Shown here one piece after another: positions 9,648 through 18,798 of a stretch of 64,000 nucleotides of DNA. The notes below the pieces were generated by a model, which searched no databases, had not been told where the DNA came from, and was given only the letters and a program-made list of their open reading frames with translations. The stretch is from IMG/VR virus record IMGVR_UViG_3300033148_004740, positions 1-64,000 of that record; one strand, given 5' to 3'. Position 1 is the stretch's first letter, and each line of letters opens with the position of its first letter. The position numbers and the translations under genes were made by a program. The DNA is from a virus.

Positions 9648-10817
9648 ATGATTTGGAATGATGAACAGCTGGACTTTTTGAGACAGCACCTAACATTCAA
9701 TACCAAAGAAATCTATATGCTGTACGAGGAGGAGTATGGATCTGGTCACCGTAGCTACGACTCTGTGCAGAAGAAGATCAAGGTACTGCGGGACGCCTTT
9801 GATCCAGAAGAGATTGAGCACGATGATGACGATGAAGTCAACTCTCGCCTAGCCGCCTTGCTAGGAGAAGAGAGTCATCTCTATATCCCAGCAGTTACTT
9901 CCAAGATGAAGTCGCTCCTCACTATGAGGACCAAGGCCTGGCTCGAGGGAATGATTGAGACCTCAAAGAAGCTAGACTTCCCTCCTGCAAGAGCTCCAGT
10001 AGAAGGCAAGGACAGTACCCTGTGCATACTATTATCTGACCTCCACTTTGGACAACAGACTAAGTGGTATAACCTAGAGAAGGCAAGAGAGCGCCTACTC
10101 TCTATGGCTCCTGAAATCCACCAAAGAATGAGGGGCCACAAGATCGATGAGATCGCTCTAGCGATAGTAGGAGACACAGTAGAGGGAGAGGACATCTATC
10201 CTACTCAGGCTTCCCATGTACTATGTTCTACTATCGACCAGGTGATGGCATGTGCTGAAGCTCTGTGGGAACTACTGGTCCTTCTCCGTAAGCTATTCAA
10301 GGTCCCGGTGAGGGTGATCTGCGTCCCAGGTAATCATGGTCGCGCAGGGAAGACAGTATCAGAGAAGACCAACTGGGACAATGTTGTCTACCACAGCATC
10401 CGCTTGTTGATGAGGCATTACAAGGACTCTGACCTGTCCCTAGAATGTGACTTCAATCCGTTCAGGACCTTTACGGTCAAGGACAAGAAAGGCCTTGCCT
10501 ATCATGAGGGCGTGAAGCACTCAGGGACACCAGCAATGCAAGTAAAGATTGCAGGCTGGATGTTCAACTGGGAGTGTGACTTCATGGTTCATGGGCACTT
10601 CCATGAATGGAAGGTGGGCGACTGGAACGGGAAGATCATAGTGTCCAACGGATCCCTAGTGGGTCCCAATGACCTGTCCGACAGGTTAGCTAAGGATACT
10701 CCAGCTAGGCAAGCCTACTGGTTGGTCACTCCCGGTGAACCTCTACACAGCTTCGGCTTCGTAGAATGGAAAGAAGAAGATGAAGTACCACATAACGAAG
10801 AAGAGCACAAACAGTAA
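9648..10817 (+). CDS. Calcineurin-like metallophosphoesterase with N-terminal HTH-like domain
   Basis: LSDLHFG, GDTVEG, PGNHGR, YHEG, HGHFH motifs; N-terminus WNDEQLDFL...RSYDSVQKKI is HTH/Myb-like. GGAG RBS. Confidence 0.85.
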   Translation: MIWNDEQLDFLRQHLTFNTKEIYMLYEEEYGSGHRSYDSVQKKIKVLRDAFDPEEIEHDDDDEVNSRLAALLGEESHLYIPAVTSKMKSLLTMRTKAWLEGMIETSKKLDFPPARAPVEGKDSTLCILLSDLHFGQQTKWYNLEKARERLLSMAPEIHQRMRGHKIDEIALAIVGDTVEGEDIYPTQASHVLCSTIDQVMACAEALWELLVLLRKLFKVPVRVICVPGNHGRAGKTVSEKTNWDNVVYHSIRLLMRHYKDSDLSLECDFNPFRTFTVKDKKGLAYHEGVKHSGTPAMQVKIAGWMFNWECDFMVHGHFHEWKVGDWNGKIIVSNGSLVGPNDLSDRLAKDTPARQAYWLVTPGEPLHSFGFVEWKEEDEVPHNEEEHKQ

Positions 10818-11499
10818 GACAGGCCCTATCCCTGTCACTACCAGCCCTCGAGACACCTGTCCCAAGCGTTGCCCACTAAAGGATAGTGGCTGCTATGCTG
10901 ATGGTGGACCTCTGCGCTACCACTGGGACGAAGTAAGCAAGGAAAACAGAGGAGAGGACTGGGCTACATTCATAGCTAAAATCAGGGAGCTTCCTGATGG
11001 TCAGCTATGGAGACATAACCAGGCCGGGGATCTAAAAGGAAAGAGCCGATCACTAAGGATTGACAAGCAAGCGCTAAACCAGCTATGCTCCGCTAACGAG
11101 AAGAAGAGAGGGTTCACGTATACCCACTATCAGGTTCTCGAACCTGGACTTACTTCGGAGTGGAACAAAGATGCCATTAGCAAAGCTAACGCTCGAGGCT
11201 TTACTGTCAATCTTTCTGCCGATTCTTTGGGAGAAGCTGATCGATTGGCTGAGCTCAACATCGGACCGGTTACTACAACGGTACCAAGCACGACAACTAG
11301 CACGACTCTACGTACACCTGGTGGCCGCAAAGTCCTAGTCTGTCCTGCTGCACGCAATGACAAGAAGAGACCTACCTGTGAGGCCTGTGGCCTCTGTGCT
11401 ACCCAGCGAAAAGCAATCATTGGCTTCCCTGCCCATGGCTTTAGAAAAGCAACCATTGATCAAAGCCTTGACCGCATGCAAGCGGTGATGGAGGACTAA
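10780..11499 (+). CDS. Cys-rich conserved phage protein (putative metal/Fe-S binding; recalled as DUF7227-like)
   Basis: SxNSKTGPIPVT, TCPKRCPLKDSGCYA, LWRHNQAGDL, GFTYTHY, VCPA, TCEACGLC, IGFPAHG. Confidence 0.6.
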   Translation: MKYHITKKSTNSKTGPIPVTTSPRDTCPKRCPLKDSGCYADGGPLRYHWDEVSKENRGEDWATFIAKIRELPDGQLWRHNQAGDLKGKSRSLRIDKQALNQLCSANEKKRGFTYTHYQVLEPGLTSEWNKDAISKANARGFTVNLSADSLGEADRLAELNIGPVTTTVPSTTTSTTLRTPGGRKVLVCPAARNDKKRPTCEACGLCATQRKAIIGFPAHGFRKATIDQSLDRMQAVMED

Positions 11500-11568
11500 G
11501 TTCGTGAATGCCTCTATCTGTACAGAACAGTACCAACCGGACAATGCTCCGATAGTAGTGGACATCTA

Positions 11569-12087
11569 ATGAGAACAGACAGAACAACCTGGGACGACAC
11601 CAACATGCTCATAGCTATGGTTATGGCAAGACGTAGTCCTGATCCTAATACATGTGTTGGAACCTATGTAGTAGGGCCAGACAACAGGCCTCTAGGTATA
11701 GGGTACAACGGGACCCCAAAGGGTATCTCTCCTTCTCGTATCCCCTGGAACAGAGATTGGGCAAAGGGCTCAGATGACCAGCTAAACACCAAGTACCCGT
11801 ACATAGAGCATGCCGAGAGGAACGCAATAGGTAATTCCAAGGCAGACCTTACTGGCGCAAAGTTATATGCTACACTGTACCCATGTGACAGCTGTGCCAA
11901 GGCTATCATACAGGCAGGAATCAAAGAAGTAATCTACCTCGACAACAAGTACGAAGACCAATGGTTTACCAAAGCGGCAGCATGGATGTTGTCAGAAGTA
12001 GATATCCACACGAGGCAACACCAATGGCACCAGTCGATTCTCTCGAACCTGGAAACAATTCAAAACACTATTCATTCGATGATCTAG
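11569..12087 (+). CDS. dCMP deaminase (ComEB family)
   Basis: GYNGTP, HAERNAI, LYPCDSCAKAIIQAGIKEV zinc-binding deaminase motifs. Confidence 0.93.
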   Translation: MRTDRTTWDDTNMLIAMVMARRSPDPNTCVGTYVVGPDNRPLGIGYNGTPKGISPSRIPWNRDWAKGSDDQLNTKYPYIEHAERNAIGNSKADLTGAKLYATLYPCDSCAKAIIQAGIKEVIYLDNKYEDQWFTKAAAWMLSEVDIHTRQHQWHQSILSNLETIQNTIHSMI

Positions 12088-12446
12088 TTCTCTGTGGTTA
12101 CGGAAGACCGAGGGACATAACAGGCTTCTCTCTTCGAGAAGCAGTGCCTCAGTTTGACTGGGCTAAGGGCAAAAGAGTAGTTGAAATCTCCTTTTCGAGA
12201 AAAGAATACTTAGATGGGGGAATGCCTAATGGCCCATATTCAATCATAATTCACTCAGTAACAAACAGAGAAGTACTACTCTCTGAACTCTACATCGTAG
12301 ATATAGTTGGAGACACACTAGCCCTGATAGGCGCGGCAGACCAATCACTCATTGCATTCGAAGAGAAGATAAAAAGGATGGAAGAAGAGGAGCGAAAGCA
12401 CCCCGGTCTCGTACGAATGAGACTAATGGTGCAGGAGGATGAGTAA
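11961..12446 (+). CDS. Hypothetical protein; start uncertain (possibly GTG 12144)
   Basis: Fills the gap between the deaminase and PhoH; upstream ATGs overlap the deaminase by more than 100 nt. Confidence 0.5.
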   Translation: MVYQSGSMDVVRSRYPHEATPMAPVDSLEPGNNSKHYSFDDLVLCGYGRPRDITGFSLREAVPQFDWAKGKRVVEISFSRKEYLDGGMPNGPYSIIIHSVTNREVLLSELYIVDIVGDTLALIGAADQSLIAFEEKIKRMEEEERKHPGLVRMRLMVQEDE

Positions 12447-13313
12447 GTGGCACAATCTTACACTGGAGTCAGAGTAATAGAGGTTAGACCAGAAATTATC
12501 AGCGAGCTCTACAGTGAGAAGTCCATTAGCGTCAATTTCAACAAGAACTACAAGTTCTTCCAGAACGAATACATAGTAGTCAAGTCAGGCGGACAGCAGT
12601 CAGCTCTCACCAGGGTGGTAGGAGATAAGCTGGCTCTGCTACGCTTTCCAGATAGCTTCGCGGTTAGTGGAGTCTCTCCACGCAACAAAGAGCAAAAGAT
12701 GGCCTTCGATGCCCTCATAGATGATCGTATCAAGGTCGTAGTACTAACGGGAAAGGCAGGGACAGGAAAGACCTTGCTCACCCTTGCAGCAGCACTGCAC
12801 AAGATAGAAGAGAAACAGAACACCTTCAAGAAGATCATCCTGACCCGCCCAATGTCCTGGGTAGGGAAGCATGGTCTAGGAGCTCTCCCTGGTGATGTCG
12901 ACGAGAAGTTCGGTCCATACCTAGAGAACTACATGTGCAACATCTCTCACCTCTTGGGTGATGATGAACGTAAGATAGGCATAGCAACTGATGCGTACAA
13001 CATGGAGTTCGTTCCTCTCCAGCTGATCAGGGGAGCTAGCTGGGCTAACACCTGGATCATAGCTGACGAGTGTCAGGTGCTAGACTTCCAGGAGTTCGTT
13101 GCCCTGGGGACTAGAGTAGGAGAGGGGTCAAAGATAGTGATCATGGGAGACCTCGGACAAAGAGACGAGAAGATACCTAAAGAGAAGACGGGTATCTACA
13201 GGTTCATCAATGATCGCAACGTACAAGAGAGTCAACTAGTGGCTTCTCTAGAGCTTCTCAAGTGTGAGCGCAGCGCAGTAGCTGAGCTCTTTGCCTCAGT
13301 ATTCAATGTCTAA
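12447..13313 (+). CDS. phoH: PhoH-family ATPase (PhoH2/YlaK-like, no PIN domain)
   Basis: PRNKEQKMA, LTGKAGTGKTLL, LTRP, LGALPGDVDEK, IRGASW, IADECQ, GTRVGEGSKIVIMGD. Confidence 0.92.
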   Translation: MAQSYTGVRVIEVRPEIISELYSEKSISVNFNKNYKFFQNEYIVVKSGGQQSALTRVVGDKLALLRFPDSFAVSGVSPRNKEQKMAFDALIDDRIKVVVLTGKAGTGKTLLTLAAALHKIEEKQNTFKKIILTRPMSWVGKHGLGALPGDVDEKFGPYLENYMCNISHLLGDDERKIGIATDAYNMEFVPLQLIRGASWANTWIIADECQVLDFQEFVALGTRVGEGSKIVIMGDLGQRDEKIPKEKTGIYRFINDRNVQESQLVASLELLKCERSAVAELFASVFNV

Positions 13314-13553
13314 ATGGCTTTTGATAGTATAGGAAGGTACACAATGCCAAGAGATTTTCCTATCATTGCTTCAAAGGGAGAGGTGAGGTTCGACACAGAA
13401 ACTGCAACCTTCTGGATGTATGATGAGGGATGGCAGAACCTTGGACTCACTAAAGAAGAGGCCACTACTCTTCAGAGTAAATATAAGGAAAATCTTGCTC
13501 AGCTAGAAACCAAGCTCAAGAAGGATTATCTAGACGAGAAGATGAAAGGTTAG
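13314..13553 (+). CDS. Small hypothetical protein, paralog A
   Basis: Shares FP...G.V..D.ET..F..Y..W and C-terminal YLDEKMKG with the next ORF. Confidence 0.7.
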   Translation: MAFDSIGRYTMPRDFPIIASKGEVRFDTETATFWMYDEGWQNLGLTKEEATTLQSKYKENLAQLETKLKKDYLDEKMKG

Positions 13554-13556
13554 CAG

Positions 13557-13778
13557 ATGCTTCCTAAATTCCCAGAGCACGGGGATGTCGGTCTCGATGA
13601 CGAGACGCCCATGTTCTACGACGGATACGCTAAAGAATGGTTACCTATCCTTATCAACAGTAAGGGAGAAGCGTGGACCAGAAGAGACCTAATCCCTAGA
13701 GGATACATCTGTGAGCTGATTCAAGAGGAGATAGTTGTTCCCCAACCAAACTATCTGGATCAGAAAATGAAAGGCTAG
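13557..13778 (+). CDS. Small hypothetical protein, paralog B
   Basis: Ends YLDQKMKG; see paralog A. Confidence 0.7.
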   Translation: MLPKFPEHGDVGLDDETPMFYDGYAKEWLPILINSKGEAWTRRDLIPRGYICELIQEEIVVPQPNYLDQKMKG

Positions 13779-13780
13779 TA

Positions 13781-14431
13781 ATGAGACCCATCGAAAACAA
13801 GGACGAAGTAGAATTCGTCAGTACAGAGAGTTTGCGCCTGTCCCTAACAAGTAGGGGATGCAGGCTTTGTGAGCTGGGATTCCAGCCCGAGATCAATGGC
13901 TGTTGTGTGGCCAGAGGACCTGACTCTGCGATCAAGATGATCGTAGGTGAGGCCCCTGGAAAAGAGGAAGACTCTACACGTCAACCCTTCACTGGCCCTG
14001 CCGGTAAGCTTCTAGATGAAATCTGGAATGCTGTTGGCATGAAGACCAGTGACTGGTACCTCACCAACGTGGTCTTATGTAGACCGGTAGCCAAGAAGGA
14101 TTCAGGGAAGGAAAACCACACACCTCACGTGGCACAGAGGCGCAACTGTAGACCGTTCCTAGACGCTCAGATTTCGCTTGTGAAGCCCAAAATCATCGTC
14201 ACCCTGGGCAAGGTAGCATCAGAGGCCATCCTGGGCCCTGACATGGTCCCTAGGATCGGTGACGTAAGAGGTAAAATCTTTAGGGAGTTCAAGGCTTTGG
14301 TGTTCCCAATGCTACACCCAGCTGCTATACTCCACTCTTCATCTAACCCCGAACAGATGAAGAAGTACAAGCAACAAACCTGGGATGATGTACGATCCCT
14401 CAAGAGACTAATTGATAAGGAGAACATCTAA
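13781..14431 (+). CDS. Uracil-DNA glycosylase family 4 (Fe-S type)
   Basis: CRLC Fe-S ligands, VGEAPGKEED, PFTGPAGKLL, TNVVLCRP, HPAA. Confidence 0.92.
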   Translation: MRPIENKDEVEFVSTESLRLSLTSRGCRLCELGFQPEINGCCVARGPDSAIKMIVGEAPGKEEDSTRQPFTGPAGKLLDEIWNAVGMKTSDWYLTNVVLCRPVAKKDSGKENHTPHVAQRRNCRPFLDAQISLVKPKIIVTLGKVASEAILGPDMVPRIGDVRGKIFREFKALVFPMLHPAAILHSSSNPEQMKKYKQQTWDDVRSLKRLIDKENI

Positions 14432-14432
14432 A

Positions 14433-14960
14433 ATGGATGACAACGTAATCGATCTACCGACCTCGAGAACAGAGGACAATACAACTGAGCCAGCAGCTCC
14501 AGTCGTAGAGAACCTAGAGGATCAGCTAGAGAAGCGGTCCGAGAAGAGTGCAGAGTTCATGGTTGATCTCATGGACAAGCAGCGCAAGGAAGGCCTCGAA
14601 CTACTTCTCAAGAAGCTCGAGGGACTGAGCAGCAGCCGCGAGGTCCTTGACGATGCAAAGGCTGAGAATGTTACCAGGTTCCTGGGACAGGGACTAGGGG
14701 CTAGCTCTCAGACCCTTCAGGCACTGAGTGCATTGATCGATGTGCTTGTTCATGATGTCGGTGTTACCGTCCAGAACATCCATCGCCACGCAATGGGACT
14801 AGAGCAGATCTCTACTCATCTCCAAGCGCTAATGAACCTCGCCCTTGAGAAGGGCATCGTTACCGAGGAAGAGATGAGGGAAGAGGTAGGGAAGGTCCTG
14901 AATCCAGAACCTCCTACCAGTCCTGAGAAGGAAGACGAGTCTGTTACAGAGGAGGTGTAA
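14433..14960 (+). CDS. Acidic coiled-coil hypothetical protein
   Basis: AAGGAG RBS before ATG 14433; helical, Glu-rich; last gene of the + strand block. Confidence 0.7.
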   Translation: MDDNVIDLPTSRTEDNTTEPAAPVVENLEDQLEKRSEKSAEFMVDLMDKQRKEGLELLLKKLEGLSSSREVLDDAKAENVTRFLGQGLGASSQTLQALSALIDVLVHDVGVTVQNIHRHAMGLEQISTHLQALMNLALEKGIVTEEEMREEVGKVLNPEPPTSPEKEDESVTEEV

Positions 14961-15183
14961 AGGTCAGCTCAATATACTGGCCTGCTACATAATGCATCTC
15001 TGTAATTAGAGGCTTACTTCGTAGCACATGAGCGAGTGTCTGCGCCACCTCATCGATGGATCGCTTATGCAGGTCCTCGATGCCAGGTGGGTAGACACGC
15101 TCGGTCTTACTTCCACCACTCTTTCCCTGCTCACTCAACATCTCTCTCACATGATCAGACTGATCTCTTTTATGCATTACCAT
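14944..15183 (-). CDS. Hypothetical protein (79 aa)
   Basis: Terminal gene of the - strand block; its 3' end overlaps the convergent gene. Confidence 0.55.
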   Translation of the reverse strand: MVMHKRDQSDHVREMLSEQGKSGGSKTERVYPPGIEDLHKRSIDEVAQTLAHVLRSKPLITEMHYVAGQYIELTFTPPL

Positions 15184-15700
15184 AATGGCTCCTTAGTTGC
15201 CCGAAGATCTCTTCGAGGCGAGTTCTGATAGTCTTTCTATCCTTCTGCAATATCTCTGCTATCTCATTTATAGACTTTTCTTGTCCATATTTCAAGTAGA
15301 TTAGGTACTTCTCCCACTTAGTCAGAGGGAGATCCGTAGTCGTTATCCAAGAGAAATCCCATGAAGATGTAGCAGGGTCATAGCGACCTATTTCATCAGT
15401 TTCGTGTCCGATACCTTGTAGCCAGTCTCTGAGTCCCCACACTGATCGTCGGAGTAGATAGGATCGAAGGCGAGAGTTTGGCTTGTTTTGCACATACTGG
15501 GCGTAGTAATCGGTCCAAAGCATCGCGAGCTGTTGGCGAAAATCTTCTTCTTCCAACTGTCCATATAGATCTGCGCTAATACAGCGTCCAATGGCCCTAA
15601 TGTGCCCCTTGGTGGAGGGAATAGGTCGAGCTGTATAGGCTCGCCAGGCTGCTTCAACCAGATCCTCATAGTCGCTCCTATACTCTGTGAAGATGTCCAT
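15170..15700 (-). CDS. ECF/sigma-70-like RNA polymerase sigma factor
   Basis: Region-2-like EEDFRQQLAMLW...LRSYLLRRSVWGLRDWL; region-4 HTH LTKWEKYLIYLKY...SINEIAEILQKDRKTIRTRL. Confidence 0.65.
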   Translation of the reverse strand: MDIFTEYRSDYEDLVEAAWRAYTARPIPSTKGHIRAIGRCISADLYGQLEEEDFRQQLAMLWTDYYAQYVQNKPNSRLRSYLLRRSVWGLRDWLQGIGHETDEIGRYDPATSSWDFSWITTTDLPLTKWEKYLIYLKYGQEKSINEIAEILQKDRKTIRTRLEEIFGQLRSHYGNA

Positions 15701-15701
15701 G

Positions 15702-16277
15702 CTATTCCCAGTGGGGAAGAGTGGTTTTGTGTATCTTATCGAGCTGATTGATATAGGCCATGCGCGGCACGCCTAGACTTTCGAAGAACTTGTCAGCTTT
15801 GGTACCAGGCCGACCAACGATAGCTCTCATCCTAGCGAACTCCAGAGGATAGAACTTCTTAAAGCGCCTGATGGCTGTCATCCCCTTGGCATCCAACATT
15901 CCCTTCACTTCCACCCATAATGCCCCTACCTTGAAGTCTGGACAGTAGCTCACTGTACCTCTCTTGATCCCGTGCTCGAGGAACGAGAATACCTGCGGCT
16001 CATACTGCCATTGCATTCCCTTAAAGTTGAACCAACGAGCTACGTTAGCTTCCCAGTTAGAGCGGAAGAACTGCTTGAGATCAGCTCTCTTACCAATGAC
16101 AGACCTTCTGCCCATCTTCTTGGTGACCTTTTTACCGTCGAGCTCGTCGCACTTCCTGTTCACAGCGGCCCTGGACTTAGCAAGTGCCAGAGAGAGCTGG
16201 TTAATGGACATCGTGGTTCGATTAGCTTTTAGGAAGTCAGTCTCTACAGGAGACCAGACTACTTTATGAAATCTCAT
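15702..16277 (-). CDS. HTH + PD-(D/E)xK endonuclease (T7 endonuclease I/DUF1064-like)
   Basis: N-terminal WSPVETDFL HTH; FRSNWEANVA, YEP, YCPDF, WVEVKG. Confidence 0.75.
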   Translation of the reverse strand: MRFHKVVWSPVETDFLKANRTTMSINQLSLALAKSRAAVNRKCDELDGKKVTKKMGRRSVIGKRADLKQFFRSNWEANVARWFNFKGMQWQYEPQVFSFLEHGIKRGTVSYCPDFKVGALWVEVKGMLDAKGMTAIRRFKKFYPLEFARMRAIVGRPGTKADKFFESLGVPRMAYINQLDKIHKTTLPHWE

Positions 16278-16283
16278 GCAATT

Positions 16284-16976
16284 CTATTCCCTTTCTGCTA
16301 GATAGCTCTGGAAAGCAGCTTTAGATATGGGTCCCCAAAGACCGTCGATAGAATTATTGTAGTATCTATGCATGAGCAGACAGAGCTGTACATACTTGAT
16401 GACTCTTGACCTGACTTCGTCCATATCTACCCGCAGACCTGGACAAGTCTTCCTTAGCTTCCTGCTCCCCTTGAACCAGAACCAACCAGTATGCTTGAGC
16501 TCTCTGTGTCCCACTATGTTTGTGGGTTCAACACCTAGCTTCAGACAGAGAGAACCACATGCTCGCATGAGACTCTTGATCTGCTTTTCCTTAGGAGCAT
16601 AGTAGTCAGCTCCAAAGCCATCACTGACTCGGAAAACTAAGGCTAGTCCAACTGAACCCGTGTTCCAAGGGCCAACATGCCAGGCCACTTCCTCATAGGG
16701 AAGGGTTTTGTGCCACTCGCTATTAGGCATGATGAGACCATGGTAGGTGATAGCTGGGCAACCAGTGCTAGAGATATGATTAGGACCAATGTCGTAAGCA
16801 GCTAGTTCTTCTGCGGTACAATCCCAGTCGGTAGTATGTACAACGATGCGCTTGATGTCAGAGACACTGCGCGTAGCATACTTCTTTTTTGTGTGCCTTG
16901 GCAGGCTACCTGAAATATCAACTGGCTGCATATCGCAAGGAAGAACCTCCGCATCAGCAGTATTAACGTCCGTCAT
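16284..16976 (-). CDS. N-acetylmuramoyl-L-alanine amidase (Amidase_2) endolysin
   Basis: IVVHTT, ITYHGLI, EVAWHVGPWNTGSVGL, VGHREL, KTCPG; C-terminal DGLWGPISK PG-binding-like motif. Start refined to ATG 16976 (AAGGAAAG upstream). Confidence 0.88.
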   Translation of the reverse strand: MTDVNTADAEVLPCDMQPVDISGSLPRHTKKKYATRSVSDIKRIVVHTTDWDCTAEELAAYDIGPNHISSTGCPAITYHGLIMPNSEWHKTLPYEEVAWHVGPWNTGSVGLALVFRVSDGFGADYYAPKEKQIKSLMRACGSLCLKLGVEPTNIVGHRELKHTGWFWFKGSRKLRKTCPGLRVDMDEVRSRVIKYVQLCLLMHRYYNNSIDGLWGPISKAAFQSYLAERE

Positions 16977-17583
16977 CTCTTTCCTTTCGTTCCTTAAGCT
17001 CTCTGTATCTATGGCGACGATATTCACGCGCCTTATCGAGCTCCTCTCTATGCTTCTCCGACTCGAGATGTTCTTGACGTCTCTTCTTAGCCCTCCGTAG
17101 AAGCTCGCTCTTGATCTCCTGTTGTTTCCCATAGTGTTCATCTTTCTGTACATCTTCCTCAACAAGGCAGATGCCACCAGCTTTTATGATCATATCATAG
17201 ATATACTGCTCATCTATCAGATTCTCATCTGTATAGGGAATCTCTACGTATGTGAATCCTGCAGCTAGTGCTGATGCTTTCTTTTGTCTATCTCTAATCT
17301 GTCCGTCTCTGAATGCCTGGTCGGCGACCTCATGATCTCCACCAAAGGCAACAGGTTCGTAATGTTGCTTGCCATGACACTCTATAACTATCTTGAGGCC
17401 TGGGATGACCCAATCAAAGTGCTGGCTACCAAAGGGGTAGTCGTTCGCTACCCTACAGACCGGGTACTCCTGGTAAATTTGCCAGTTCTTAAAGATCTCG
17501 GAGTTTCTCAAAGCATCCCCCACTCTACGGTGAAGTGCCGAAGCATTCTCTCGATAAGAATGCCTAAATCTCGAGGTCTTCAT
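16963..17583 (-). CDS. DUF559/Vsr-like PD-(D/E)xK endonuclease
   Basis: QEYPV, HFDWVIP, IVIECHGKQHY, DRQKK...GFTYVEIPY. Confidence 0.75.
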   Translation of the reverse strand: MKTSRFRHSYRENASALHRRVGDALRNSEIFKNWQIYQEYPVCRVANDYPFGSQHFDWVIPGLKIVIECHGKQHYEPVAFGGDHEVADQAFRDGQIRDRQKKASALAAGFTYVEIPYTDENLIDEQYIYDMIIKAGGICLVEEDVQKDEHYGKQQEIKSELLRRAKKRRQEHLESEKHREELDKAREYRRHRYRELKERKERDDGR

Positions 17584-17782
17584 CTGTTCCTCCTACTGTC
17601 TCATCTATGTAATCAGTTATGGACTTGGCGAGCTCACCTGAGAGCTTCTCAATGACCTCCTCTACTGGGTCAGCTGCTACGCTAGTCATTCTGCACTCAG
17701 CAAGAGTTCTTTCGTACCTAAGACCCTTGATAGCCTTGTGCAAGCTTATCCAATGCCTTACCCTCTTCTCTGCAATATTCAT
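17564..17782 (-). CDS. Hypothetical protein (72 aa)
   Basis: Co-oriented, overlapping starts and stops. Confidence 0.55.
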   Translation of the reverse strand: MNIAEKRVRHWISLHKAIKGLRYERTLAECRMTSVAADPVEEVIEKLSGELAKSITDYIDETVGGTDEDLEI

Positions 17783-18156
17783 TATGTAGTTGTAAAGTAG
17801 TCAACTGGGTTTCGCAAGAACTGCCCTGATGTATCGAGCTGGATCCCAGTCGTCTCTAACTGATTAGCCCCAGAGATAACCATACCCCAGGGGGCTGGAA
17901 CAATAGAACCGCGAGGTCGATCATACTCGTCGAGCTCGTACTCCATAAGATCTCGAGCTAGACTAGCAACCGAACCTCTTATCTCTGTTCGCAGCTTCTC
18001 TACCGTCTCCTTGTCAGGATTTTCTGTCCCTTCAAGCTCAGCAGCAATGTCCATGAATCTAGTGGCTGTTATGTCTTCCTTTTTATCTAGCTCTTCAACT
18101 GCCGAGAGAAGCTCACTTGCTTTCTTGATCAGATTCTTTAACGAGCTGGTATCCAT
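17782..18156 (-). CDS. Hypothetical protein (124 aa)
   Basis: Co-oriented, TAATG-type coupling to the next gene. Confidence 0.6.
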   Translation of the reverse strand: MDTSSLKNLIKKASELLSAVEELDKKEDITATRFMDIAAELEGTENPDKETVEKLRTEIRGSVASLARDLMEYELDEYDRPRGSIVPAPWGMVISGANQLETTGIQLDTSGQFLRNPVDYFTTT

Positions 18157-18464
18157 ACTTTCCCCGTTTCTGCCATTATCCCTGTCACCCTCTCCAGGTC
18201 AGTAATCTTCTGATCCTCTGCAAAACGGGCTAGGTCATTGGCTAGATGATCGTCCTTGATGAACTTACAGTGGGCATAGACATCATTGCGCCAATCTACT
18301 GAGTTCAATACTACTTCCTCTATGTACACCTTTCCCTGGCAGGACCCTGCTCGACAGAGCATCACTACGAACTCCCGGAGACCATACTCGATGGTCCCCA
18401 GGTGCATCATGTGAGGGTTCCCAGGTAGAGGAAAGATGTTAGAGTTTCTCGTTTTGAACCTCAT
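18138..18464 (-). CDS. Hypothetical protein (108 aa)
   Basis: Co-oriented ORF filling the gap. Confidence 0.6.
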   Translation of the reverse strand: MRFKTRNSNIFPLPGNPHMMHLGTIEYGLREFVVMLCRAGSCQGKVYIEEVVLNSVDWRNDVYAHCKFIKDDHLANDLARFAEDQKITDLERVTGIMAETGKVWIPAR

Positions 18465-18798
18465 CCTCTCCCTTCCTGGTATCGTCCTTACCCTTCATGG
18501 TATCAATGAACTTAGTGTAGTCCTTTGCACCAAGGTCACGCGGGTTATGAAGGATACGAGGCTCAATCATCCCACTGCATCTAACACAACGCAACAGAAC
18601 ATAGGGAACTAGGCCCGACTTTGGAGGAACAGACTGTCCTACAATCAGAGGCTGATGGTTAAGTGGATACCTGTTGGCCAGTACCTCTTCGAAGAACTGG
18701 CTCCCACATTCCTTGCAGGTAATACACTCCAGGTCCTTCTTCTCTTCATGCCTCTCGAGCATCTGTCGTTGACGTTCGTAATCAGTCCACGTCTGCAT
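18439..18798 (-). CDS. Zinc-finger protein (CxxC...CxxC)
   Basis: TCKECGSQFF and RCVRCSG; start refined to ATG 18798. Confidence 0.65.
   Translation of the reverse strand: MQTWTDYERQRQMLERHEEKKDLECITCKECGSQFFEEVLANRYPLNHQPLIVGQSVPPKSGLVPYVLLRCVRCSGMIEPRILHNPRDLGAKDYTKFIDTMKGKDDTRKGEDEVQNEKL

Noticed and set aside
14940-14965. Bidirectional terminator at the strand-convergence point
   Set aside because: The two ORF ends overlap and no GC hairpin with a U-tract is present.
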